Positions 43,201-51,277 of a DNA stretch of 64,000 nt are shown here, piece by piece (the first letter of the stretch is position 1; the number at the start of each line of letters is the position of its first letter). The stretch is from positions 352,001 to 416,000 of the forward strand of contig CBDESZ010000018.1 of assembly GCA_965242725.1 (NCBI GenBank), in the 5' to 3' direction. The position numbers were made by a program, and so were the translations under genes. A model generated the notes under the pieces. It was not told the DNA's origin. It worked only from the letters and a program-made list of their open reading frames with translations, and did not search any database. Source of the stretch: Alkalispirochaeta sp. (GTDB lineage Bacteria; Spirochaetota; Spirochaetia; DSM-27196; Alkalispirochaetaceae).

Positions 43201-43654
43201 CCGTTCACCCGTCGCGGATGCCGCGTATGCGTCGGTGGATCGACCATTCATCGCCACAAAGGGAGAAAGCGGCGAGTCGCTGCGGGTTCCCCACGAAATT
43301 GATGTTCCCATTACAATGGATGGACCGGCGGTCTACCTGGAAGCGGTTCGGGCGATGATGCAGGCCCTCTCGTCCGGTGCCGATGCGGCAGGAATCAAGG
43401 CCGACGCCCTGGACCTCTACATTCCACATCAGGCCAATCAGCGAATCATCAACGCCATCCGTCAACGCCTCAAGGTTCCCCATGATCGGATGTACAGCAA
43501 CATCGCCGATAACGGAAACACCTCTTCAAGCACGATACCGATTTGTCTCAATGAACTGCTCCCTGACGGCTCCGGCGGCGGGCAGGTGTGGGGTATCACC
43601 GCATTCGGCGGGGGATTCACATACGGCGGTGCGTTACTGCGTACGCTGTCATAG
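40259..43654 (+). CDS. Fusion protein: 2-oxoacid dehydrogenase E1 alpha + E1 beta + lipoyl domain + 3-oxoacyl-ACP synthase III (FabH-like)
   Basis: E1a: HYRD, ThDP motif GEG...QDN, HNHTNADD. E1b: GEDI, SPLSES, QFADF, GPFH, DLRSIVPWD. Lipoyl: VEADKA. KAS III: RTGI..R, AACSG, FGDAA, PHQAN, GNTSS, AFGGG. Confidence 0.9.
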   Translation: MVTDKFNNTEVLRSLYSTMVTARHMDLIEQSYTSRGEAFFHVSGAGHEGSIALFPHLTEHDWLHCHYRDKALMLARGISPYMFFLSLFNKDESHSRGRQMNAHMSDPERKVLSIVGPVGNSALQAVGVAEMVKDDETNPLVLCALGEGMTQESEVLEAIGHAVRETLPVLFVVQDNKYAISTKTTGKTFYSRPSGEADEFYGVPITRIDGRKVPDAVTHFGTLVDAIRRDRGPRIVIFEVERLHNHTNADDQRVYRNPDEIAAAAETGDPVALLRAQLMAAGVNEDELTTEEEEIRTRLEGEARRAQMSAEPTPVHGAKAPLPARLEERSGEYTGDGEDSLVMLEAIREVLDARMAQDDRVTLFGEDIEDPKGDVFGITRGLGKKYGKRIRNSPLSESLILGVSIGRALAGGRPVAFLQFADFLPIAYNQIFSELGSMYWRSDGGWKVPLIVMVTAGGYRPGLGPFHASTLEALVAHTPGVDVVMPSTAGDAAGLLNAAFESERPTIFFYPKNQLNDRARMTSSDVARQIVPLGVSRRVREGSDLTIVAYGNTVPLAQRAADELADQGVSVDLLDLRSIVPWDEDGVLKSVDRTGRLIVTHEDNHTAGFGAEVIATIAEKSRRHIAARRVTRGDTYVPCNFGNQLDVLPSYKRILETAVELLGGSIVWKRDDAAESGVFEVEAIGSSPSDETVTVVEWKVKPGDVVKEGDLLADVEADKAATELKSPVSGTVSELIIEEGDNVPVGTPILRVKTAENEPVHVKPLTRENPGTPVITGIGRDEGDAPGGSTPAASSVPVAATVRRVDGPVCLIAGTAVRKGSRIVENAEIATMTPDWEGDDIEKRTGIARRHWVVPGEDTLTLAVDASRELLDSKEIDISDIGLIIFSTGTPTSTTPSMAALLQHALNTEGVDISCPAYDINAACSGYIYGLQIAWDFLSNSPDRLVLLVTSEVLSPRLDMRDGGTAPIFGDAATATLIGGSRSPVADAAYASVDRPFIATKGESGESLRVPHEIDVPITMDGPAVYLEAVRAMMQALSSGADAAGIKADALDLYIPHQANQRIINAIRQRLKVPHDRMYSNIADNGNTSSSTIPICLNELLPDGSGGGQVWGITAFGGGFTYGGALLRTLS

Positions 43655-43754
43655 CGAGCTATTCGGGCAGGGTCGCCCACACCGTGCGACGACTCACCAC
43701 GGCGTGTAACACCACCGGCGATCGTCCGTCCGGACGAGCAAACCGACGGGACAT

Positions 43755-43823
43755 AAAAAAACCCCGGGGCAAAGGAGGTGAAATCCCCGGGGTGTACGTC
43801 ATTGGTACTTGCTTGGTCTATCG
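43755..43823 (-). ncRNA. Candidate small RNA / terminator with anti-SD loop (copy A), downstream of msrB
   Basis: Minus strand ACCCCGGGG-atttcacctcctttg-CCCCGGGGT plus T-tract, preceded by GGTGTAACC-N13-GTTGTT at 43856-43829. Confidence 0.55.
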
Positions 43824-43879
43824 TTTATAACAACACACGGCGTGGGTGGTTACACCATCGACACCGATTTTTTCTTTTT

Positions 43880-44527
43880 TCATCCCTCCGGTTTGAGAAT
43901 CGCCGGAGGTTCTTCTCCTTCCGGAACAAATACAAGCGCGGCGGAATTGAGGCAGTAGCGCAGACCCGTCGGTTCAGGTCCGTCGGGAAAAACGTGGCCT
44001 AAATGGGAGCCACTCATACTGTCGACGACTTCGATGCGTACCATGCCATGACCACGGTCGACGTTATACCGGACCGCATCGGGAGACAGGGGTTCATAAA
44101 AACTGGGCCAGCCGGAACCGCTGTCGTATTTTGCGTCCGAGCTGAACAGGGGCTGTCCCGTTGCCGCGGAGTAATAGACACCCTTTTCCTTGTTTCCGTT
44201 CAGGACGCCGGTGAACGGTGCTTCCGTACCCTTTTCCCGCATAATCCGGAACTGACTGTCGGTGAGACGCTCTTTCCACTCCTCTTCCGTGAGTACCACG
44301 GGAAAACTTCCATCCACTGGAAATGACTCAACCAGTTCCCGTTCCCTGGGACTGAGGCTGTTTTGAATTGCCTTATCGATCGCTCTATCCTCCTCGTCAC
44401 TGAGACGATTGCTCTCAATGTCCTGTTCCGCAGGAACTGTTGCACTATCAATCCTCCCCCGGGCGTACACCCCTGATGCGAGGACGACGAAACTCAGGAC
44501 AACCAGCCAACCGTCACGGACACACAT
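43880..44527 (-). CDS. msrB: Peptide-methionine (R)-S-oxide reductase with signal peptide
   Basis: [34 protein letters not shown]; hydrophobic N-terminus. Confidence 0.93.
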   Translation of the reverse strand: MCVRDGWLVVLSFVVLASGVYARGRIDSATVPAEQDIESNRLSDEEDRAIDKAIQNSLSPRERELVESFPVDGSFPVVLTEEEWKERLTDSQFRIMREKGTEAPFTGVLNGNKEKGVYYSAATGQPLFSSDAKYDSGSGWPSFYEPLSPDAVRYNVDRGHGMVRIEVVDSMSGSHLGHVFPDGPEPTGLRYCLNSAALVFVPEGEEPPAILKPEG

Positions 44528-44561
44528 GGTTTTCTTCTTCAGGTAAAAATATAACGATGAA

Positions 44562-47153
44562 TTACGGTGAGGGAAAATCGCGGGAGAAATCGTCGGAAGA
44601 GATGAATTGACGGAAACGTTCTATTTCCCGACGTACGGCGGGAATATTCTCGAGAGCACCGGGGGCGTCATTTTCCATACAGAGATCTTCAACAACCTTG
44701 GCGGCGGCTCCCAGATCGTGACAGCTGAGATTCCACGCGCCGCCCTTTATCGCATGAATGACGATACGCGCGTCCGATATCCTGTCACCGTGTATGAGCT
44801 CTTCAACTGAATCGATTTGGCCGGGAAGACGTTCTGCAAAGGCTTCGCTCACTTCCTTTGCGGTCTTTATGTCGCCGAGGAACGACGCGATCGTATCGGG
44901 AAAATCCATCGGCGGGCCGGCACCGGCGGCATCCGCACCCGCCCCTGTGAAGTACGCATCAGCGGAGTCCCCTCCACCGGCGTCAGGTATCTGAGGTGCC
45001 GATTCCCGTTCCTCTTCCAGCTCTTCAAGCTCTTCCAGCTCTTCAAGCTCTTCGAGGGGTTCCAGTTCCTCAAGGTCAGCAGGATCTTCACCCTCACGCG
45101 CCGGCTCCGTGGTAAGCTCCGCCGTTGTCTCCACCTTCGAAGAGCCTGAACCCCGAGTTCCAGACTCCTCAAGGAAAAAACCGGCGTCCTGAAGCCGACG
45201 AATGACATCTTCAATATCATTGCGCTTGAACGGCTTCGCCATGTACTCATTCATTCCCGCCCGGATGCAGCGATCCCGGTCACCGGAAAGGGCGTTGGCC
45301 GTCACCGCGACGATGGGAACATCAAATCCCAGCTCCCTGATACGTATCGTCGCATCAAAACCGTTGAGAGTCGGCATTTGCACATCCATGAATACGAGGC
45401 CGATCCCGGGATTCCTCTGCATTTCCGCGACCGCCTCGGTTCCATCGGATGCGACGATAGTTTCAAAGCCAAGTTTTTCGAGAATCGCCTGAAAGAGCCG
45501 TTGGTTGACGAAGTGGTCTTCCGCCACCAGAACGGTCCGCGGGCGTCCGTCGATCGGGACGGACCGTCCGGAAAACGTTCCTTCACCGTCCACCGCTTCC
45601 AGCTCTTCAATTTCATCGGAAAATATGGATTCCACAGTTTCCTTCAGCTCACGGGGCTTGACCGGTTTATTGATATAGCCCTTGAACCATCCGAGAAGCT
45701 TCATCTTGGCGTCACCGGAGCTGATGCCGGTGGGGCTCATGAGCACCAGGGGTATCGCATCGAAGCGGGAATCGTTGCGTATTTCCGACGCCAGTTGCCA
45801 CCCGTCCATACTCGGCAGACGGAGATCGAGGAATATGACTTGCGGCTCCCTTCCTTCTTCCGACGTCTCCGCCAGGAGGGTAAGTGCTTCAGGGGCGTCC
45901 TGCGCCGCCGTCGTCTCGGCTCCCCATCTGCGGAGATACTTGATAACCACGTCGCGGCTCGACTGGTTGTCGTCAACGATGAGCGTGCGAAATGCGGGTG
46001 GTGCCCCCTTGGGGCGGAGAAGTTCACTCGTTTCTGTATCAGCCCCCTCCATGGGGACGACAAACCAGAAGTTGGATCCCACACCGGGTTTGCTCTTTAC
46101 ACCGATTCGTCCGCCCATCATATCAACGAGGTCCCGAGAAATTGAGAGTCCAAGGCCGGTACCGCCGAAGCGACGCGTTGTCGACGCATCGACCTGGGAA
46201 AAGGGTTTAAAGAGACGGTCCTGCCGCTCCTGGGGTATGCCGATACCGCTGTCCCGCACCTGTACGAGAAGGTGGGGAGATTTCTTCCTGCGACTCAGTC
46301 CTGCAGATATGCGAATCTGACCATCCTCGGTGAACTTGACGGCGTTGTTCACCAGATTGACGATGATCTGTCGTATGCGGCTCGGGTCTCCGACGGAGGT
46401 TCTCGGCAGGTCCGGTTCCGTCCACAGGACAACCTCCAGCCCCTTCTTGTGGGCCTGCATGCTGACCATATCGACGGCGTCCTCGATCATTTTCACCGGT
46501 TCAAAGGTTATCGATTCAAGTTGCAGTCGCCCCGCCTCAATCTTTGAGAAATCGAGGATGTCACTTATCAGTCCGAGAAGCACTTCACTGGCAAACTGAA
46601 TCTGCTGCAGGTATTCCAGCTGCTCCTCATCCAGCCCGGTGTCCCGCATCAACTCGGCCATTCCGTTTATTGTGTGCAGGGGCGTCCGGATTTCGTGGCT
46701 CATGTTGGCGAGAAAGGCGCTCTTCGTCTGGGTCGCCGCCTCGGCCGATTCTTTTGCCTGTCGCAGTTCATCTTCGTTGTTTTTTTGAGACGTGATATCG
46801 TCGACAACGGCAATCATAAAGGGAGAACTGTCCGCGGGACGGACCGCCCGCATGTCGACCCGCCACCACGCTACTTCTCCCGTTCTTCTTCTGCACCGGG
46901 AAACGACCTGAAAATTGCTGCGCTCCCCTTCAACGGTCTCGGAAAAGAGCTGCTGGAAGAGAGCGGCGTCCTCGTGATGGGAGTAGGCGGTGAGGAACCC
47001 TCCGACGAGGTCGTTCTCACCACGTCCGAGAAACTGCCGTACCGCATTGTTTGCGTACTGAATCCGGCCGCCCGCATCCATGACGACAATCCCGATGGGA
47101 GATTGTTCGAAAACGACGCGAAACTGTCGTCCGAATGGTGAACGGTCACTCAT
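44562..47153 (-). CDS. Cytoplasmic hybrid histidine kinase PAS-HisKA-HATPase-REC-REC-Hpt
   Basis: [32 protein letters not shown], two REC domains (FLDLRLP, FMDVQMP), Hpt HAIKG. Confidence 0.93.
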   Translation of the reverse strand: MSDRSPFGRQFRVVFEQSPIGIVVMDAGGRIQYANNAVRQFLGRGENDLVGGFLTAYSHHEDAALFQQLFSETVEGERSNFQVVSRCRRRTGEVAWWRVDMRAVRPADSSPFMIAVVDDITSQKNNEDELRQAKESAEAATQTKSAFLANMSHEIRTPLHTINGMAELMRDTGLDEEQLEYLQQIQFASEVLLGLISDILDFSKIEAGRLQLESITFEPVKMIEDAVDMVSMQAHKKGLEVVLWTEPDLPRTSVGDPSRIRQIIVNLVNNAVKFTEDGQIRISAGLSRRKKSPHLLVQVRDSGIGIPQERQDRLFKPFSQVDASTTRRFGGTGLGLSISRDLVDMMGGRIGVKSKPGVGSNFWFVVPMEGADTETSELLRPKGAPPAFRTLIVDDNQSSRDVVIKYLRRWGAETTAAQDAPEALTLLAETSEEGREPQVIFLDLRLPSMDGWQLASEIRNDSRFDAIPLVLMSPTGISSGDAKMKLLGWFKGYINKPVKPRELKETVESIFSDEIEELEAVDGEGTFSGRSVPIDGRPRTVLVAEDHFVNQRLFQAILEKLGFETIVASDGTEAVAEMQRNPGIGLVFMDVQMPTLNGFDATIRIRELGFDVPIVAVTANALSGDRDRCIRAGMNEYMAKPFKRNDIEDVIRRLQDAGFFLEESGTRGSGSSKVETTAELTTEPAREGEDPADLEELEPLEELEELEELEELEEERESAPQIPDAGGGDSADAYFTGAGADAAGAGPPMDFPDTIASFLGDIKTAKEVSEAFAERLPGQIDSVEELIHGDRISDARIVIHAIKGGAWNLSCHDLGAAAKVVEDLCMENDAPGALENIPAVRREIERFRQFISSDDFSRDFPSP
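45012..45074 (-). repeat. 9-bp tandem repeat encoding (LEE)n in the REC-Hpt linker
   Basis: ctcttccag/ctcttcaag/ctcttccag/ctcttcaag/ctcttcgag plus two degenerate units, encoding [21 protein letters not shown]. Confidence 0.85.
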
Positions 47154-47155
47154 GG

Positions 47156-48424
47156 CTAAAAGTTCAGCTGAAGGATTTCCGACGCCTTCTGACGAATCGT
47201 CTGCGGTTTCAGTGGTTTGATCATGTAGCTCGACACGCCCAGTTGCAGAGTCTGCAGGATCGTTTCACGCTTGGAGAGGGCCGAAAGGACGATCACCGGA
47301 GGGTGACGCTCCCGTTCAGAGAGCTGCTGAAGGACCTGGAACCCGTCCACCTCGGGCATCAGCAGATCGAGAAACACAAGATCCGAGTTCATTCCGTTTA
47401 CCCCGTCGAGAAACTCCCTTCCGTTATTGTACCTGTCGATGACAAACCGGGTATCCGAAAAAGCGGTCTTTATGAGTTCCTGTATGATCTCATCGTCGTC
47501 GACGATTGAAATTCGAATCGAATCTCCGAGGGAGGCGAGATCAAAATTGTGTGTCTGCTCCGCCTTGAAACGGAGGTTGATTGACTCCTCCCGCTGTTTC
47601 TTCGGCGCACTTGCCTGAACGACATTCGCAAAATTGACCGACCCCTCGCCCTTTCTGTCATGTTCTTGAGTGTCACCCTTCTTCACCAGCAGACCGTCCA
47701 TTGCCTGCTCAAGGCTGTCGGTAACTTCAATTCCCTCATATTCCTGTCGATTATCCAGGAACTCCCTGACGTATTCGCTCTGGGTCAGCACTTTGGTGTA
47801 CTTCTTCATCGTTCCGGTGGTATTCAGGATTGTGGAAAAGAGGGTGTTCAGTTTTATGGAATCGGTAGTGGAAACTTCGATGCTCGTCATCATGACCAGC
47901 ACCTTCGGCATTTTCAGTTCATACAGCTCGAGGAGTTCCCTCAGCTTGTACCTCAGGAGATCTATCTTCTCCCGGTTGAGTCCCTGGGCTATCTCAATGA
48001 AAAGGATATCTTCATTGACATGGGTCTCGATGATACACGGCGTCTCGTCAATTGAAATAGGCACACCCATGACTTCGCTCACGCTCTGAAGGAGGGTGTC
48101 CACATTGATCGGTTTGCGTAACAGCTTCTTTACGTTGTAGCGCGCGATTTCCACGAGGGCATCCCGATCCACCTTGGCGGAGGCGATAATCACCGGAATA
48201 TGCCGGATATTTGGATCCTCGTTCTTTTCCCTGAGCATCTCCGCCGCCGATTTTCGGGAGAGCTGATAGTCTGTGATTATGAGATCGGGATTCACGGAAC
48301 GAATCTTTGAGCCGCCGTCAAGCCCGCTGACGGCGGTGGCGACGTCAAAACCGTAGTAACGTAATGTCTTTTTCAGATATTCCCTGAAAAGCTGCGATTC
48401 ATCAATTACGAGTATTTTTTTCAC
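47156..48424 (-). CDS. Response regulator with two receiver domains flanking a central (possibly STAS-like) domain
   Basis: N-terminal KILVIDE...IITDYQL...LRKP; C-terminal IVDDD...FLDLLMP...IKP; GTG start. Confidence 0.85.
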   Translation of the reverse strand: MKKILVIDESQLFREYLKKTLRYYGFDVATAVSGLDGGSKIRSVNPDLIITDYQLSRKSAAEMLREKNEDPNIRHIPVIIASAKVDRDALVEIARYNVKKLLRKPINVDTLLQSVSEVMGVPISIDETPCIIETHVNEDILFIEIAQGLNREKIDLLRYKLRELLELYELKMPKVLVMMTSIEVSTTDSIKLNTLFSTILNTTGTMKKYTKVLTQSEYVREFLDNRQEYEGIEVTDSLEQAMDGLLVKKGDTQEHDRKGEGSVNFANVVQASAPKKQREESINLRFKAEQTHNFDLASLGDSIRISIVDDDEIIQELIKTAFSDTRFVIDRYNNGREFLDGVNGMNSDLVFLDLLMPEVDGFQVLQQLSERERHPPVIVLSALSKRETILQTLQLGVSSYMIKPLKPQTIRQKASEILQLNF

Positions 48425-48495
48425 CGTCTCCGCCTTAGGGTCGATATTATCGATTTACTTCTTTCAAAAATCAAGGGTATCGCTATAATTGCCCC

Positions 48496-50352
48496 ATGAC
48501 ACACGACCGACGTGAACCCAGAGATAATGGCAGTACCGGGGAACTCTTACCGGAACCGGCACCCCCGGATTCCCGGACAACCGCCCTCTCCAATATGGTT
48601 CTCAGCGCATCGGGATGGCGCGCCGTATTCGGCGGCGACGACAACTCCCTCTCCCCCGCCATCTCCCCGGCGCATCGCGACCTCATCATGGTTGCCGCCC
48701 GCGTCTTTGCCGATCTCGTCCGATCGGCGCATTCCGATCGGACCCGGCGCCCCTCAATCGTCGTGGCAACCGATACGCGCCCGACGGGGCCGGCAATCGC
48801 GGATACTGCAATTCGCACCTTTCTCGCCTCCAGCGTTGATGTGAAGTGGCTGGGCGTCTCTGCCGCTCCCGAGGTCATGTCATTTACAAAAGTGACCGAT
48901 GGCTGTGACGCATTCTTCTATATATCCGCCAGCCACAATCCACCCGGCCATAACGGATTGAAACTCGGCCTTGCCGACGGCGCCGTCCTTCCCCATACCG
49001 CCGCAACTCCCCTGATCGCGCGCTTCAGGGATCTGGCCGTCAACGCAGAGTTTGTCCACTCACTCCTCACCGACGTTGCCGCCCTCCCACCGTCGATGCC
49101 GGAAGCTGTGTATGAGCAGCAGAAGAAGTGGAAGGCAGCCGCGCTCGATGGGTACCTCGCGTTCTCTTTCCTTGTCGGAACGTCACCCGGAGACTCGCCC
49201 GATTCCCTCGACAGGCGCCGGTTTACAGACGTGGTGACCGGTGAACTACGGAAACGGCCCCTCGGAATTGTGGCGGAGCTCAACGGGAGCGCCCGCTCCC
49301 TTTCGGTAGACAAAGAACTTCTCGCCGAGCTGGGAGTAAAGACTGCCTTTCACAACGACAAACCCGGTGTTTTCGCCCATCAGATACTCCCGGAAGGTGC
49401 CGGACTGAAGGACGCCCGGGAGCTGCTGGAGCGTTATCACCGGATGGACCGGTCGTTTCAAATCGCATATGTGCCGGACAATGACGGCGATCGGGGTAAT
49501 CTCGTCTTCTACGACGCCGCCGTCGAAAAGGCTGTTGCCCTCGATGCGCAGAGTGTTTTTGCGCTGGTTGTGTCGATTCAGCTGGCGTGGCTGCGGTACA
49601 TCGGCGTCAGCGGCGATCGAATAGCCGTCGTCGCCAACGGGCCTACGTCGTTACGAATCGACAGAATCTGCTCATCCTTCGGAGCGCGCCTCTTTCGGGC
49701 GGAGGTCGGTGAAGCAAACGTCGTCTCCCTCGCGGAACGCCTTACCGGCGAAGGTTGGACGGTCGCCGTTCTTGGAGAAGGTTCCAACGGCGGAAATATA
49801 ACGCCCCCGGCCACGGTCAGGGACCCCATGAGCACGCTGCTGGCGCTCATTAAAATGCACGCCTTCGGCCTCGCAGCCTACGTGGACGACGCCCTGAACA
49901 AGGAGAGCGGGTTTCTCGACCTCCTGCGACGACTGCCGACTTTTTCCACGATCGCCACCGATGATGAACGGGCAAAACTGAAGGTCCCCGATATTTCCCA
50001 CGGGGAGCTGAAAACGGCGTATGAAGAGAATATGGAGAAGACGATACAACCCCTTCTTACGGTACTGTCCCGTGAGTACGGCGGGTCAATTGCCTACAGG
50101 ATCATCAACTATGAAGGTACCGAGACGATGGAAGGCGCAGGAAACAGAAGCAGCGCCGCCCGGGGCGGTCTCAAGGTCGTCTTCTCAACGGAGAAACGGG
50201 AGGACGTGGCATCTCTCTGGATGCGCGGCAGCGGTACGGAACCGGTTTTTCGGATCCTTGCCGACTGTTACGGAACCAACGAAACCCTTCTGAATGAACT
50301 GATTCAGTGGCAGCGAGCGGCAGTCATGAAGGCGTGCGGCATCGGTCAATAG
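48496..50352 (+). CDS. Phosphoglucomutase/phosphomannomutase family protein
   Basis: SASGWR, DTRPT, SASHNP phosphoserine loop, DNDGDR metal loop, RGSGTEP. Confidence 0.85.
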   Translation: MTHDRREPRDNGSTGELLPEPAPPDSRTTALSNMVLSASGWRAVFGGDDNSLSPAISPAHRDLIMVAARVFADLVRSAHSDRTRRPSIVVATDTRPTGPAIADTAIRTFLASSVDVKWLGVSAAPEVMSFTKVTDGCDAFFYISASHNPPGHNGLKLGLADGAVLPHTAATPLIARFRDLAVNAEFVHSLLTDVAALPPSMPEAVYEQQKKWKAAALDGYLAFSFLVGTSPGDSPDSLDRRRFTDVVTGELRKRPLGIVAELNGSARSLSVDKELLAELGVKTAFHNDKPGVFAHQILPEGAGLKDARELLERYHRMDRSFQIAYVPDNDGDRGNLVFYDAAVEKAVALDAQSVFALVVSIQLAWLRYIGVSGDRIAVVANGPTSLRIDRICSSFGARLFRAEVGEANVVSLAERLTGEGWTVAVLGEGSNGGNITPPATVRDPMSTLLALIKMHAFGLAAYVDDALNKESGFLDLLRRLPTFSTIATDDERAKLKVPDISHGELKTAYEENMEKTIQPLLTVLSREYGGSIAYRIINYEGTETMEGAGNRSSAARGGLKVVFSTEKREDVASLWMRGSGTEPVFRILADCYGTNETLLNELIQWQRAAVMKACGIGQ

Positions 50353-50378
50353 CGGCGCTCCCCACATCCCTCGGTCTT

Positions 50379-51272
50379 CTACGACCCGGCGACTACGGTT
50401 TCACCCTTCTTCCCGATGCGACGGACCAGCCCCTCCCGCTCCAGATCGGCAAGTGCATCCTCCACATCGTCGGGAGAGAAACCGGTATACGCGGGAAGGT
50501 TCTCCGCCACCACCATTTGATGCTGATTGACCAGACCGACAATCCGTCCGCGAAGCTGTCTGCGGCTGCGTTCAAAGGTACTCTGCCGTACGTAGTGGGC
50601 GCTCCTTCTGTTCGCGTTGACCGCCGTTTTCGGCAGGAGCGATCCGGTGTCCATGAGAGCCCAGTACCACTCCCGGGGATTCTCCCGACATAACGATTTC
50701 TCAATGAGAGGGAGGATTTCCCGGTCGTGGATCGCTCCGGCGACATCGGAGAAGAAGGCCGTGAGAAATACGCGCCGAATATTTGTCTCTATGAAAACAA
50801 CGGGGCGGTTGTAGGCAAATGCGGCGATCGAACCCGCCGTGTTGGGTCCGATGCCGGGAAGGGCGACAAGAGTCTCCGGCGTCTCCGGTACGACACCGTC
50901 ATGGTCCTCGACCACGAGCTGCGCGGAACGGTGAAGGTACCGGGCACGCCGGTTGTATCCCAGCCCGCTCCACATCTTCAGGACCTCTCCGAATGGCGCC
51001 TCAGCCAGGTCGGAAAGGGTCGGAAACCGGTCGATAAAGGAGAGAAACTTCTCCTTCACCCGCTCCACCTGTGTCTGTTGCAACATGATCTCGGACACGA
51101 GTATCCAATAGGGATCGGTATTGCTCCGCCACGGCATCGGTCGCTGCAGGGTACGGTACGTTGTCCACACGAGATCCCGAAAGTGATTACGGTCGGTGTC
51201 GCTGTCAAACCGGAATGGGCGCTTCGTCAGCTCCGCTGCGGGTGACTCGACGGCGGAAGGTTCCTTCTCCAT
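50379..51272 (-). CDS. mutY: A/G-specific adenine glycosylase, MutY-like HhH-GPD (short, no Fe-S cluster motif)
   Basis: MPWR, VSEIMLQQTQV, WSGLGYNRRA, LPGIGPNTA, WALMDTG. Confidence 0.82.
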   Translation of the reverse strand: MEKEPSAVESPAAELTKRPFRFDSDTDRNHFRDLVWTTYRTLQRPMPWRSNTDPYWILVSEIMLQQTQVERVKEKFLSFIDRFPTLSDLAEAPFGEVLKMWSGLGYNRRARYLHRSAQLVVEDHDGVVPETPETLVALPGIGPNTAGSIAAFAYNRPVVFIETNIRRVFLTAFFSDVAGAIHDREILPLIEKSLCRENPREWYWALMDTGSLLPKTAVNANRRSAHYVRQSTFERSRRQLRGRIVGLVNQHQMVVAENLPAYTGFSPDDVEDALADLEREGLVRRIGKKGETVVAGS

Positions 51273-51277
51273 ACCCC

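Noticed and set aside
43761..43800. 16S rRNA 3'-end fragment (CACCTCCTTT)
   Set aside because: Only the anti-SD matches; no helix-45 or other rRNA sequence flanks it.
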